From: Antedon mediterranea
Lineage: Eukaryota; Animalia; Echinodermata
Assembly (NCBI RefSeq): GCF_964355755.1
Contig: NC_092673.1
Location: 34,159,648-34,223,647, forward strand
Length of the DNA: 64,000 nt
Direction: 5' to 3'
Part shown: positions 38,765 through 52,235 of the stretch, one piece after another
Position numbering within the stretch: position 1 is the first letter of the stretch
Layout of the letters: every line of letters starts with the position of its first letter
Translations under genes and position numbers: made by a program
Notes under the pieces: model-generated
Database searches by the model: none
Seen by the model: only the letters and a program-made list of their open reading frames with translations
What the model was told of the DNA's origin: nothing

Positions 38765-39365
38765 TTAATTCCTTCCCATCCTTTATATTCCACTCTTTCC
38801 CATCATTGATTCCTTCACACAGCTTCTCATACAATTTTTTTCCATTTCACTCCTTCAACACTCTTTCCCATATCACTCCTTCACATAGCATTTCTTCTCA
38901 TACAATTCCTTTCCATTCCACTGCTTCCCATACCATTCCTTCCCATATCATTCCCTCACATAGAATCCCTTCTCATACAATTCCTTGTCATACAATTCCT
39001 TTCCATTCCACTTATTCCCATTACCATTCTTTCCCATATCACTCTTTCTCATACAATTATTCCATTCCATTCCACTTCTTTCCATTACCATTCCTTCCCA
39101 TATCATTCCTTCACATAGCATTTCTTCTCATACAATTATTAATTTCCATTCCACTTCTTCTCATTACTATACCTTCTCATATCATTCTTTCACATAGCGT
39201 TCCTTCTCATACAATTCATTCTCGTTCCACTTCTTCCCATTACCATTCCTTCACATACCATTTCTTCTTATCCCATCTTCTCATACCATTCCTTTCCATA
39301 CCATTCCTTCCCAGTATCATTCCTTCACATAACATTTATTTCAATCCCATTCCTTCTCATACCAC
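38765..39365. repeat. Pyrimidine-rich degenerate (CCATT/TTCC) simple repeat
   Basis: Recurrent ccattccttcccatatcattccttcacatagc; G is almost absent on the + strand. Confidence 0.85.
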
Positions 39366-42300
39366 CAATCAAATATAAACTGATAAAAATATTAACATAC
39401 CAAAATAGGAAGATTTTAAAATATGCATATATTGCAATTAATATTTATGTAAATATAATTAGCAAAGACATTATGTCACATGTCAATATGCTTTAGATAT
39501 GAAATTCACAGCATAACTTTATTTAATTCCTCATTTGGGAATTCTATTCTTACGTGTTTATTCATTTCTACCTGTCCGTCATCTGCCAAATCTACTTATC
39601 ACTAAATGTTGCAATATGCTTGTGTTGAATCTAGAATTAATTTTTACTTTCAAGAGAATCTATTTTAACTTAATGATACTCAATTTTTATTTTAGATTTC
39701 AGATTTATTTACCTAATATAAAATTAGAATTCTACAGAAAAAACTACTCATATAAATCTAGAATAGAAGGCAACCTGTAAACTTACAGTGTGTGTATACT
39801 TATTATTTATTATTTTATAGTAATATAATTTCACATTTTCCCATGTATAATGTTGCCATTCGATTGGTTAATTTCTGTATCACATGGCATTAAATATATT
39901 GTGACATTAAATGCTTAAAGCAATATTCAATGGTACTAATCAATGGCTATCTTTTTGTGTTAAACCGTTCAACCGTAAACCGTTAAACCAAGAATGATTC
40001 AATGCAATAAAAAACAGTGTTTACAGTACAGCATCAATATTTTTTTTTTTTTTAAATACTAACATCTATGTTTTAAGAATGTATTGTAAGCATAAGGTGT
40101 TGTTATAGCGTGGGAGGAAATTCTTTGATCTTAACACCTATTATTAAATATTAAGACCCTTTACACCTGCGACAAACCATGCATCATGCAAATACGCCAG
40201 TGTCTTCCGCATACTTGATCAGCAAATACAAATATAACACTTCTTTTAAACTTGGAATTCAAATTGATTATGAAGATGATTAGAGCTAATTCTTTTCTTA
40301 AGTATGGGCTATAAATAATTCAGCTGTATCTACAAGACTAGTTGTTTACGAATTCTTGCTTAATGGAACTTGTGGTGTTTTTATTGCGACGTTTAATGCT
40401 CCGAAAATGGAAAAATAATGCATACTTAATCAATATTCAAATTAACTAATTTGCAGAGCAGTTTTATACAAATCATATTCTACAGTAGTAATGTTTGGAA
40501 CGTGATCTTATCATCTATCGAGCAAATAATGTCTCATAAAAGAACATATTTTATAATATAATAAATATATTTATACTATCATGTATTTGAATTCTACTAC
40601 AAATAGAAATGTGTTATAATATTCAAAGCAACTAATTTGAATATCATTTCTATAAAAATTATATTCTAAAAAATAGTTGTCAATGTTTGGAATGTGATAT
40701 CATCTATTGAGCATATTGCAACATTTTATATAATAATATAAGTATACTGTATGTATGAATTCTACTACAAATATAAATGTGTTATTATTGTTGGAAAGTA
40801 GCATTTTCAACTGGGGATTTTAAAATGTCCACATTTTGGCCCCTTTTCGAAAAAATACCCCCAAATGTATAAATTAATCACAGCAAATAAACTGTGTAGG
40901 CAATCACAAAATTCATTGAATAATTCCAAATAAATTGAATACATCATTTCTTGAAATTAATAATAGATGTATATTTCTGCCGTGTATTTATTCTTTTCTA
41001 AAAGAATCATAACAATCATTATTGATCACATTGTAAATAGATACTCAAATTGATTGAATTTTGAGAATGAAAAATGTATAGCATTGCATCTAAGTAATCT
41101 TCGCTGCATCAAACCACCCACTCACTCACTATCCCTTGCATCGCAATACGTCCGTGGGAGGACAACTCATTTTATATGCTTTTACTTTGAAACAGAAGAT
41201 GAGAGGAGTTTAGATATTTACGACAATTATCTTTGACTTGACAGGTTTGATGTACTACGGGACGAAAAGCTTTTACACACCGTATTATGTGTAATGCTCA
41301 AACTCAACTAGAAGCCTACGTGGTAATGTAGTAATGTAATCTCAGCACTGCAGGCAAACAGAGAGGGGGCTGTTCATAATTAAGCCGTCTGCTGTTACGC
41401 TTCAATAACTGTTATTAAATACAGTACAGTAATCCTGTTACTAGTCTCCTGGTTTTGACCGTTATAAATTACCATAATTTAATGCACAGTTCTTAAAGAC
41501 TTTTTGCCCTAAAGGCTTTTCAAATTGTATGAAGTATAGAAGACTTACATACATTGTAATTTTTAGTGCACATAATTTTTCGTTTAATATATCAAGAAAT
41601 CACATTCCTCCGCCTCAATAGGCCTATATACCTAAAATTTATACATACAGTCTTCACTTGCAATAGGTCATAACTTGAAAGAAGTTTTTAATTGATGAGT
41701 GATCCAATTTTTTTTATTCCAGTATATCTCAACATTTTAGAATTAACTGAGAATATAAATAATTACCGTATACATTAGATTTATATATTTTATTAAAAAT
41801 AGAATATTGTAAAATTCAGAGCAATTTTTAAAATCAAAATGGAGAAATTATAAAGAACACAAAACAGTACACAACTTGTTTCAAAGTCAAATTTAAAAAC
41901 AAATTGTGACAACCAATTGTATACTATATTTACACAATTTTTTTTTCGTTAACCCTGGTGTCAGCCTGTAAGCATAAAACGTCTTTTATAAGATGCCAAT
42001 TATCGTTAAATACATTGCGCAAACAATGCAGACAAAACAACATAAAAAAACTACCTGTAATTGTTTGACATCGGAAAATTAACCTGTGAAGAGATAATTA
42101 ACATTCTACGCTTGGATATAAAGCTGAATGAGCCATAAGGTATGTATGATTAATTGATGGATAGTGTGTGCTGCAACAGACATAGATAGATTAATGTATA
42201 CGGCAGGTTGTAGATGCAGAAAAACATTCAATGTTTTTACATTTTAGAGATATTCTAAATGCAATATGAATGCATTAGCCATTTAAACACCATAATCAGT

Positions 42301-43699
42301 TTGTTATTGTTGTAACTGAATAAATGTGTATGAATAAATGAATGCTCATAACATGTATGGAAATAATTATGGATTAATAATAAAGGCAAATTATGTATTT
42401 TGCATAACTACAGCATCAATTGGAAAATGAGGTCAGCAGGTCAGATTAAAAAAAACATTAGCTGATTGAAATATATATTTATACTGGGTACAATACAATT
42501 TGAATTCCAATTTAACATATTATACAATATTCATGCATCAACGTGTCAAACTATATGATAGTGGCAACTAAAATAAAGTTTCGCAATGATTATTGGCAGA
42601 ATGTGTAGCTAGCCTTAGCAACATGACAACACTCAAGAACTAACAAGTACAAACACACAGTACCAGAACAGAGTCTGAACTCCAATGTAATTCCAACAGA
42701 TTCTGGAACACAATCAGAAATGCCCATGTCGCTATGCCCAATATATTTTTAAAAACTGTACTGTATTTAATTTATATATTCTAAAATACTGTATGTCATA
42801 ATATTTTCGGTTATTTAATTATTTGTTAATGTTATTTTTTAAGAGTTATATATACGGCGGCCATTTTAAGGAGGCCTACCCTGTGGCGAACACTTGTCAT
42901 TTAGTTTAAGCGTCTTTCACACCTGCTCTGGCATGGGTCGTGTCCAGCAAGTCAAATGTGAATGTTTCGTTTTCAAGAGGCTATGCGCATATCAATTGGT
43001 GCATAGCCACGTTGAGCATCATAAAAATAAAACATCGACGTCCGATTTTATCTTCCATTGAAGGATTGGAACCGTGCCGGAAGAGGAGTGAAAGACCCTT
43101 TACTCTCATCTTTTTATTAAACTCTTTGGAACATAATCACTTTATATATATTGGCTTTCACTACGATTAAGTCATAAGTCATTGTTTTCGATAACAAAAG
43201 TACAAAATTACATTGTTGACAGTATTCACACACTATTGCCAATGACCTTGAGTACAAGCTGTTATTAGTTATATCTTGTTTTCAATCAGATGTTAAATCT
43301 ACCAAAACAACCAACAATATCATTTATATATTAATATTTTGTATGGCCTCATTGTCCACTAATATCTAAGAGCATGTTAAATCTGTCAATGTTAAAAATA
43401 AACTGGAAAAATGTGTTTATAGTAACAAGTAAAATGTCATATTTGGAAAAAATAAGTACCAGAAGATTGTTTTTATACGACTAAAGACATCTGCAATTTG
43501 ACTCAAAGAAATCTATATAATCACAAAAGTCGATAATGTATGCTAAAGCTTTCAAAGTTGGCCTACAGTCAGGAAAAGTAAAAACATATTTTTTGTTGAA
43601 AAATGTTTTCATTCTCTGTTTCCAACAACACAATGATTAAAAAAAAATCAATGTTAATGTTTTAGTTGCAATTAATTATTACAAATAAGGGAGTTACCA

Positions 43700-44035
43700 A
43701 ATCTTTGATTGAAAAAACCCTAGGACTTGACAAAAAAGATTGGAAATCCAGAATTGTTCAAATCCAGAGCTGGAAAAATCTAGGATTTATTAGACAAATC
43801 TGGGATTGAACCAATTTGGGATTTAAAAAAAACTGGGATTGAACAGATCTGTGATAAATAAATATAGGTTTACACAAATCTGGATTTTGACAAATATAGG
43901 TTTAAACAAATCTCGAATTGGACAAATCTGAGATTGGACAAATTTTGAATTGCCCAAATCTGGGATTGGACAAAACTGGGATGGGCCAAATCTGGGATTG
44001 GCAAAATCTGGGATTGGCAAAATCTGGAATTTGTA
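43700..44035. repeat. Degenerate ~20-bp tandem repeat
   Basis: Unit approximately caaatctgggattgg(a/c)caaa. Confidence 0.75.
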
Positions 44036-45779
44036 AAAAAGTACTGCTTTATTAATAACATTTTACATACATCATTTCAATAGTACTGTCTTTCACTACC
44101 ACATTAACAGAGTAGCACTTAAGAAACAGTATGCTTCCATCCATAGTAGCTTCCTAAAGTGTACAGATAGCCAGTAGTAGGCCTAAAACAATATTGATTT
44201 CACATGTAATTATCCATACTTAATTGTTTCAAAATGCATTTGATCTCGCTCTAGAAACTTCAATTTTCAGCTTTCAAGAGGCATAAATTAATGACAGTGC
44301 ATCTTAAATTATCAAGGATGAACTACACTGTAAGTTATATAAATATTATTGGTTTTATTTATCATTTACACATTTTTGTATATAGTAATATCATTAAGCC
44401 TAAAAAATGTTTTCAAAGTTTGACCGTCAAAAAATTGGTTGTACTTTTGTATTTTTTTGTAGTTTTTAAAGATCTACATTTCCCCTCCATTTTTCAATTG
44501 CATTTAAAGCTTTTATTTTTCACGTGATTGGTGTCTTTTGAGAAACCATTCAAAGGTAACAGTATCGCTGGTATGAACAAAATGAACACTACAAGAAACA
44601 CTATGAACTCCTTTGATTGATTGTAGATGTACTATGAGACCAGTTTAAGAAAGCAGTGTAAACAATATAATAGCGATGCAATATAATAATATTAATAATA
44701 TAGAAAAGAATTTATTTGCAAATAACAATCAAACTAAAGATAAAACACATTTTTATTTCATAAATATTGTTATTATTGATCATCCCTTGCTATAAAAAAA
44801 AAATCATTTTGTAGGCCAATTTCATTTAAATTCAATAATTCTTGTATAATATTTAGAACAAGAACGACTTGATGTATTGCTTTTTTAAATTAATAATTGA
44901 TAGTTATAAATTAAAGAAAAGAAATTATTAACAATCCTGTAAACAGTGGAATTCACTTTAAATGCATCCTTTGGATGGGACTTTAAGCTGTTGGTAACAG
45001 TAAAGAACTAGTACACTATTTGAATGTGATCGTCTCCATGGGTCCATACAGGGCCTAATCCAAATTTTGATCAATTTTCAGTAAAACATGAGGAGGAATA
45101 TAATTGCATTTACATTATTTACATATAATTAATAAAATGTATATAAAAAATATGGCTGTAGCTTACCGATCCTTGCCCTGAAAACAACTAAAATAGGTTG
45201 CATAGCTTGTTTACACTAGTATTGCAAACAGTATGAGAACACAAACAACTTTGGCAAGATAAAATGAATTCATTAATCTTGAAGAAACACCAAATTTGAC
45301 CACAAAGCCAAATCTATGAAAAAGAAGACAACTTCTTACTCAAGTTTATTTCCACTACTATCTGATCAGTTAATTTCATAAGAAAAAAATCAAGGCAGAG
45401 CAGGAGATTACAGTAAAACCTTTTTTTTCTAGAGAAAAGCCATTAGTAAGAGATTCACTTGTTCTAATTTTCTATCAATACAATCCTGTGGTGTTGAAAA
45501 TGAGGCAATGGTTGCTTTTGCATTCCAATTATCTGATATCAATAGGATGAAGATTAGTTAAACCAACAAGTTGATACAAGTTGTGAACTATTTATTATGG
45601 TAACAATGCATTTTGATAATTCACAGTACATCGTTTACATAGTGATTTGTACCCCTGTATGGGTGTTCTCTGATAAAGTTTTATAATGACAATTACTTTC
45701 TCAATGAATTTTATTTATTACAATTAGTAAATCACCTTGGTTTTCCAATATTCAAATAAGACAGTGGTGTTAAACAAGA

Positions 45780-46570
45780 AAGGCAATAAGTACCACATAA
45801 GCTGCAGTCAAAGAAATGGTAGTCAAAGAAGTGGTAGTCAAATGGTAAGTGAAACAGGAAAAATAAGCACCAGAGGAAAGAAAGTGCCAAAGGCATTATA
45901 GTGCCGCAGACACTGTGTCTAGAGAAAGTAAGTGCCACAGTCAAATAAGTGAGGAAGGCAAATAAGTACCACAGGCAAATAAGTACCACAGGCAAATAAG
46001 TGCCAAATAAGTGAGGCAGGTAAAAATAAGTGGCACAGGCAAATAAGTACAACAAGCAAATAAGTATCACAGGCAAATAAGTGCCAAATAAGTGAGGCAG
46101 GTAAAAATAAGTGACACAGGCAAATAAGTACCACAAGCAAATAAGTATCATCACAGGCAAATAAGTGCCAAATAAGTGAGGCAGGTAAAAATAAGTGGCA
46201 CAGGCAAATAAGTACCACAAGCAAATAAGTATCACAGACAAATAAGTGCCAAATAAGTCAGGTAGGTAAAAATAAGTACCACAGGCAAATAAGTGCCAAA
46301 TAAGTGAGGCAGGTAAAAATAAGTGGCACAGGCAAATAAGTACCACAAGCAAATAAGTATCACAGACAAATAAGTGCCAAATAAGTGGGGCAGTTAAAAA
46401 TAAGTACCACAGGCAAATAAGTGCCAAATAAGTGAGGAAGGAAAAATAAGTGGCACAGGCAAATACAAAACACAGGCAAATAAGTGCCAAATAAGTGAGG
46501 TAGGTAAAAATAAGTACCACAAGCAAATAAGTGCCAAATAAGTGAGGCAGGTACAAATAAGTGGCACAGT
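45780..46570. repeat. Complex minisatellite built on aaataagt subunits with a ~80-bp higher-order period
   Basis: Recurrent ggcaaataagtgccaaataagtgaggcaggtaaaaataagtggcacaggcaaataagtaccacaagc. Confidence 0.9.
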
Positions 46571-47433
46571 CAGTTCAATCAAATTAGCAGGACAGTCAAG
46601 TTAAATAAGCAGCCAAATAATTTACAATACAGTCAATCCTGTACTTTGTATTTATTTTAGATATACACCTAATTTGTTAAAAGCATTTAACAGAAGTGTT
46701 CTTACTTTATTTTATGCACAAGATTATTTTCGAATTGTCGCTTCGAAAAAGACAGCAATCAAAAACACAATTTGTTTCCAAAGCGACATTTAACCAAAGT
46801 GCTGTATGTTAATTTATGCACAAGATTAAGTTGTTGTCGCTGGGCAACAACCAAAGTAAAATATAGCAAATAGCGTCTATGCATTGCGTCGTAATTGCTT
46901 ATTAATTAGTCTTCTGAATGTTTCTATGCCAGGTCAATTTGAAATCTGCGTGTTAAGGCCTCTTTTGCGCGCTTCATTCCATAAATATCTACTCTATCAA
47001 ATATAAATGTATTTACTGCATATATAATTCTTATCTGAGACAACATTTCCTACGCAGCCACATTATCTGACCTGGTTTTCTACAGACAGTAAATAAAGCA
47101 AAGACAGAAATTGCCTTCTACTTCATAAAATTAACGTACATCAAAATGCTAGATTTGTCGGAAATGAAATAATTTAAGTTTTGATTAATAAAAAAAAGAC
47201 AATTAGATACATCACAATGAACATCAAGCTCAAAATAGAGGAAAATTGGTCTAGTGTTATCATAGAATGAGATAAATAAATGTAGAAGTGTTATTAATCA
47301 TCCTTAGTAATTGAAGAATTGTGTATTTTGACCACTCTACGGATCCACGGCAGCCGCAGAGGGCCTAATTACAATTCTTGTTTCCATCCACTTATGTCGT
47401 TATGGCACAAGCAACTCAATTCATGTGTGTCTA

Positions 47434-48055
47434 CAGTGGCGTAACGGCTATTAGCGTTCACTGGCTAAACCCAGGGGCCCCGCAGCTTATGGGGGCCCCT
47501 GTGCAGTGCAGGCATTAAAAGATGTCGAAAAGGGCTAAAAACGTCTGAGGCCTTCGTGTTTGAGGGCCACAGGGTTCATAATCCAGCAGTCTCAGGCCTC
47601 TGAGGCCTTCGTGTTTGAGGGCCACAGGGTTCATAATCCAGCAGTCTCAGGCCTCTGAGACCTTCGTGTTTGAGGGCCACAGGGTTCATAATCCAGCAGT
47701 CTCAGGCTTATGAGGCCTTCGTGTTTGAGGGCCACAGGGTTCATAATCCAGCAGTCTCAGGCCTCTGAGGCCTTCGTGTTTGAGGGCCACAGGGTTCATA
47801 ATCCAGCAGTCTCAGGCCTCTGAGGCCTTCGTGTTTGAGGGCCACAGGGTTCATAATCCAGCAGTCTCAGGCCTCTGAGGCCTTCGTGTTTGAGGGCCAC
47901 ATGGTTCATAATCCAGCAATCTCAGGCCTCTGAGGCCTTCGTGTTTGAGGGCCACAGGGTTCATAATCCAGCAGTCTCAGGCCTCTGAGGCCTTCGTGTT
48001 TGAGGGCCACAGGGTTCATAATCCAGCAGTCTCAGGCCTCTGCGTTACGCTACTG
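47434..48055. mobile_element. Non-autonomous DNA transposon carrying an internal 55-bp tandem array
   Basis: TA-cagtggcgtaacg ... cgttacgctactg-TA (13-bp TIR, 1 mismatch), with subterminal ggggcccc motifs. GC-rich relative to its flanks. Confidence 0.75.
47544..48042. repeat. 55-bp minisatellite, 9 near-identical copies
   Basis: Unit tctgaggccttcgtgtttgagggccacagggttcataatccagcagtctcaggcc. Confidence 0.97.
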
Positions 48056-48574
48056 TATATAGGCGATCCATGCAACTGAATGTAACTGGCAACTCAAATT
48101 AACATAGTTGCACAAAAAGTTGTAAGTTTTGATATCAGTTCCATGTTGACATAAGCACTGGATCTTTTAAGTTAAATTCCGATATGTTCAGTTAAGGTAT
48201 GTTCAATTAAATGTCAACCATAGACCATGTCATAGACAAAATGGCAATTTTTTTTCTGCCTTATACAAATGGTCTAATTTTTGAGTAAGTATTTAACCGA
48301 ATGTATATGTCAAACATGATGAACTTTTATACGAGTGTGACAATCTTAAGCGATTTGCATCAAATGTGTTCTGGAACTTCTGTTTATAGCTGTTAAAGCA
48401 GCTGAGTGTTAATGTTTGTAAATTTGTTGACATTTTACAACCATTTTGTCATATTTTATCACCATGGGAACTACCATGTCATAAAAATTCAACTTTATTA
48501 ATACAACGGTAATCTTGTGAAAAAAAAAGGGAGCAAAACTGTGTTTATCTTCAGTACAAACATTTTGAAATAAC

Positions 48575-48885
48575 GGGCGAGTGAGTGGCCGAGCGGTTAA
48601 CACAGTGGAACCGTAATTACGTATGCATAACATCGGCAAGGGTTCGAGGCTCACTCACTCCATGGTTCTGGTGGTAGAACGAGTCTTCTCAGATAAGGAC
48701 TATAAACCTTAGGTCCAGAGTACATCTGGCTCATGTGCACTTTAAAGAACCTAGTACATCTTTCGAGACAAATAGGGGGTTACCTCGGTGTACTAGTACA
48801 TCACAGCCACTGATTACCAACTGGGCCCTCTGGGAGACCAGTCTTTGACTGAAGAGGTCGCCAATGTATAAATATAAACAAACAA
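48575..48885 (+). mobile_element. tRNA-derived SINE with a Deu/Nin-like central domain
   Basis: A box tggccgagcgg (48586-48596), B box ggttcgaggc (48641-48650) and a gagtgag/ctcactc acceptor-like stem. The body cagataaggactataaacc..aggtcc...cactttaaagaacc...tttcga...taggggg.ttacctcggtgt resembles the Deu-domain consensus as I recall it, and the tail is (aaac)n. Confidence 0.8.
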
Positions 48886-49414
48886 GTGATGAAGATGAAG
48901 GAAATGATGATTTCACACTTGTAAAATGCGTTTCTTCTACCACACTGAAATAATTGTCATTATTGAGTGGGCTAGGGCATATAAGTAAAATGAAGTTCTG
49001 AATTTAACCTAATGTTCTTTGTTTAATTGTATTGGATGAGATTTAAGGGTGGAGCCGTGTCGCACTTTGAACTTAACAACTACGTAAAATAGTCAGTAGA
49101 TGTCCTTAGAAATGTACTGTGTATGATTTTTTTAACCAAGTTTTTTCTACTGCATAAAAATTAGTATATAATTCATCCAAGTGCAAGCAAAGACCTAAAT
49201 TTCAGTTTTATAAAGAACGATATAAATGAAGGTCATGCTGATTTTCATGGAAGGATACTGTTGTCCCTCTTTCATACCAACTACCAATTAACCAACGACT
49301 TTCAACCAACTTTAGAACAAGTTGGTTGACCGTGGTCAGCTAAATAATTATTTCACTTCTTTTTTTCACAAGAACACTGTTGTATTAATAAAGTTAAATT
49401 TGTATGACATGATA

Positions 49415-49610
49415 GAGAGTGAGGGGTCGAGCGATTAAGACAGTGGAACTGTAGTCATAATATCGCTCCATGGTTCTGGTGGTCTTCGAGTCTTCTTAGA
49501 TATTGGGATATAAACCGATAGCTTCAGTATACAACACATCTAGCTCATCACAGCTACTGATTACAACTGGTCCCTCTGGGAGACCAGTCTTTGCCCATAA
49601 TAACAAACAG
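49415..49610 (+). mobile_element. Second, internally deleted copy of the same SINE
   Basis: Shares gagtgag..gtcgagcg.ttaa.acagtggaac, ctccatggttctggtggt and catcacagc.actgattac.aactgg.ccctctgggagaccagtctttg with the first copy. Confidence 0.8.
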
Positions 49611-50059
49611 ACAGTATTTCTTTTGCACTTGATGTCATTCCAGGCATTTAGATCAAGTGCTCCATCTTTTTTAAATATAACTATGTTCACACGTATGACA
49701 TCGATACTTACCCTAGATGAGGTTGATGAACGCGTAACATACTGTTACAGCGCCATTACGAACTACATTTCGATACAGTAATAAATCTTTACAAGCACAT
49801 CTTAACTTATGTGAACTTTTGATGGTGCTACGGACAACCGAAATAGAAACCAGGATTTCATTCATTTCAAAATGTTTCAAATAAATCTTGTCAAATGTAA
49901 TATGTAATTTAATTTGATTTTCCCTTAATACACTGTAGATCTTTATGTTATAAAATATAATTTAAACAGCAGAGAAACTTTGCCACATATTTCAACATAT
50001 CAACTATATATTCACTATTTTGTATCAAATTCATTTCATGTAAAGATATTTGTGTAGTT

Positions 50060-50180
50060 GGTATTTTTCAATTATTATACAATTGTTTGTATATTATTGT
50101 TTAATTTGGAGTTTATCTGCTTACCCCTGGCAAGACTGTACTTGTGAAATTTGCCAGATAAATAAATATTATTATTATAA
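50060..50180 (+). mobile_element. Possible L2/CR1-type 3' tail
   Basis: T-rich tract, stem-loop ctggcaa...ttgccag, then ataaataaatattattattat. Confidence 0.35.
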
Positions 50181-51957
50181 ATCAAATTAACTCAGTTTAG
50201 AAATAAACAATACATTTTGACCACGATAAGATTGAAAAAAATCACCATTAAATAAACAAATGATTTTGTAGCCAGGGGTTTAGAAGCAACCTATGGACTG
50301 CAGGGGTTGAGAAACAACCTATGGACTGCAAATACAAAACACGCTGAACAATACTAATAACATTTCAAAGTCGTGTACGTACGTGAAATTGTCTACTACT
50401 TTGGATTAAATTAACTGTATATTGTTTGATATAAGTTGTGTATTCTTAAACAACATCACTTTCTTACAGTTCTAGCATTTTAGTTTGATGTTTATAATTA
50501 ATTTATTCACCAACTGCTTGTTTTAATTAATAGTTATCAATCTCACCTAATCTTGTATAATTTGTAACAAATGAATGAGTGACAATAAGTATCAATATCT
50601 TTATCAGATAACACAAAAGGCATTCACCTGAATATTTCAATTAATCATTGTCGACATTCAGTATAATTGAGTGATGATCAACATTTAATCAGCATTATGT
50701 ACAGTACTGGTATTTTATCAAATTTCAATTTAAAGTTACTATGGTGTCGAACATTGTGCAAAGGTGATAAAATCGTGTGAATTTGAGGGCGGTAATATTA
50801 TATAGGATGAGGATTTAAGTGGTGAACCTATACCTATCTTGGCATTGGGGTGGGAGGTTTGGGGGGGGGGGGGGTGTTAGAAGATCTTCCAATGCATGTT
50901 GAATAAATATATAGAAATTGGTAAAAATAATTGCTTTGCAATTTAATATAAAATAGGGCAGTGGTATTGATTTGCAACCAAATTTAGTGCATCACAATTT
51001 GGTGAAATTTTATTGTAAATCATGAAAATATCTTAGAAAATTAGACAGCATGGAAGTATGTTGAAAATGCAAAATTCACATACATTCAGGTAGAATGATA
51101 CGAAAATATATATATACAAATTTGTTTCAATATTTCGATTTAAACTTCGATTTAAGATCCACAGTATCACAACAGCACACTATAAGGATCTGTTCAGACA
51201 GTACAGAGTAATGCTTTTGAATATTCTTGTATACAGGATGTTTGCCCCAACCCATGACATGAAAGAGTTAGGTAATCGAGTCGTTTCCACTTGCTTGCGA
51301 TACAAAAAGCATACTCCATATTTATCTGTACTCTGGCGACAATCACATTCATATCCGATTAGAAGGACAACATAAGCAAAGTGTTTCAAGCAGATTCCCA
51401 ACATGACCTTCTCAAACAAACAGACCAGCCACAACCATTGAGATGAAAAATGAAATTAGTATGCAAGTGACATTTTCAAAAATATTGTAACAGCAAAATT
51501 AAAACCACTACTACATTTTCTTAGGCTGTTTCATTAATTTTGTGTTATAAATTGTACATTACTGGTTTAATTTCCTACTTTTAAACAAGTTGATAAGCAT
51601 ATTTTTACTTAATTAGACGTGCATTGCATTGCGATAAGTTGCGATATAAACCATGAATCAAAATAGCATTACTTCCAGTCACAGACCAATCATAATTCTT
51701 GCTACATTCAGACACATTATTCCAAGTGGGCTGTAAAAGCAGCTGGCCTGACAGCTTTAGGCAAATGTGTGGGACATCGTGAAGAAAATTTAAATGCAAA
51801 CGTGTACACAAAATGCGTCAGGGCCATACTAGGTAGCATGTGAATGATTCTAAAATTGTACCTTCTATCTTGCTTTTAACAAAGTAATAGAGAAAGTACA
51901 ACTATAAGAAACATTACTAATAACCCTTGCTAATAGTTAATAAAACCACTTAGATAG

Positions 51958-52235
51958 ACTTTGGGCACAAAGTTGGTCATAACTGAGCTTTATAATATAA
52001 TGATTAGTGAATACATTATTACAGTATTAATGTCATGCCTTGCTAAGCACACAGACAACGCAATTCTGAAACTTGAAAACACAAAACTATGTATATAAAC
52101 TGTAATCTCTGACTGTTTCAAATTTTTAAAGCCTTTTGGGCACAAAGTTATTCATAACAGAGCATTGTATTATGATTAGTGCAAATACATGTATTAATAT
52201 CTTGCCTTGCTAAGCACACAGACAACACGATTTTG
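51958..52235. repeat. Diverged direct duplication with a ~176-bp period
   Basis: tttgggcacaaagtt..tcataac and tgccttgctaagcacacagacaac each occur twice. Confidence 0.75.

Noticed and set aside
38620-39378. 252-aa His/Ser/Pro-rich ORF
   Set aside because: Read-through of a G-poor simple repeat in which stop codons are rare.
45732-46582. 274-aa hydrophobic minus-strand ORF
   Set aside because: Translation of the aaataagt-based minisatellite.
47544-48042. HDV/CPEB3-like ribozyme in the 55-bp unit (starts GAGGGCCACAG and can pair with GGCCTTC)
   Set aside because: A P1-like pairing exists, but I could not build P2, a canonical L3/P1.1 or a J4/2 with the catalytic C. No HDV-like fold was recognised in the CPEB introns either.
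48575-48660. Functional tRNA gene
   Set aside because: It has A and B boxes but no clean cloverleaf or T-run terminator, and it continues into a SINE body that has a second copy nearby.
50846-50876. G-run with G-quadruplex potential (also C-runs at ~1381-1396 and ~57550-57566)
   Set aside because: Simple homopolymer tracts with no supporting context.
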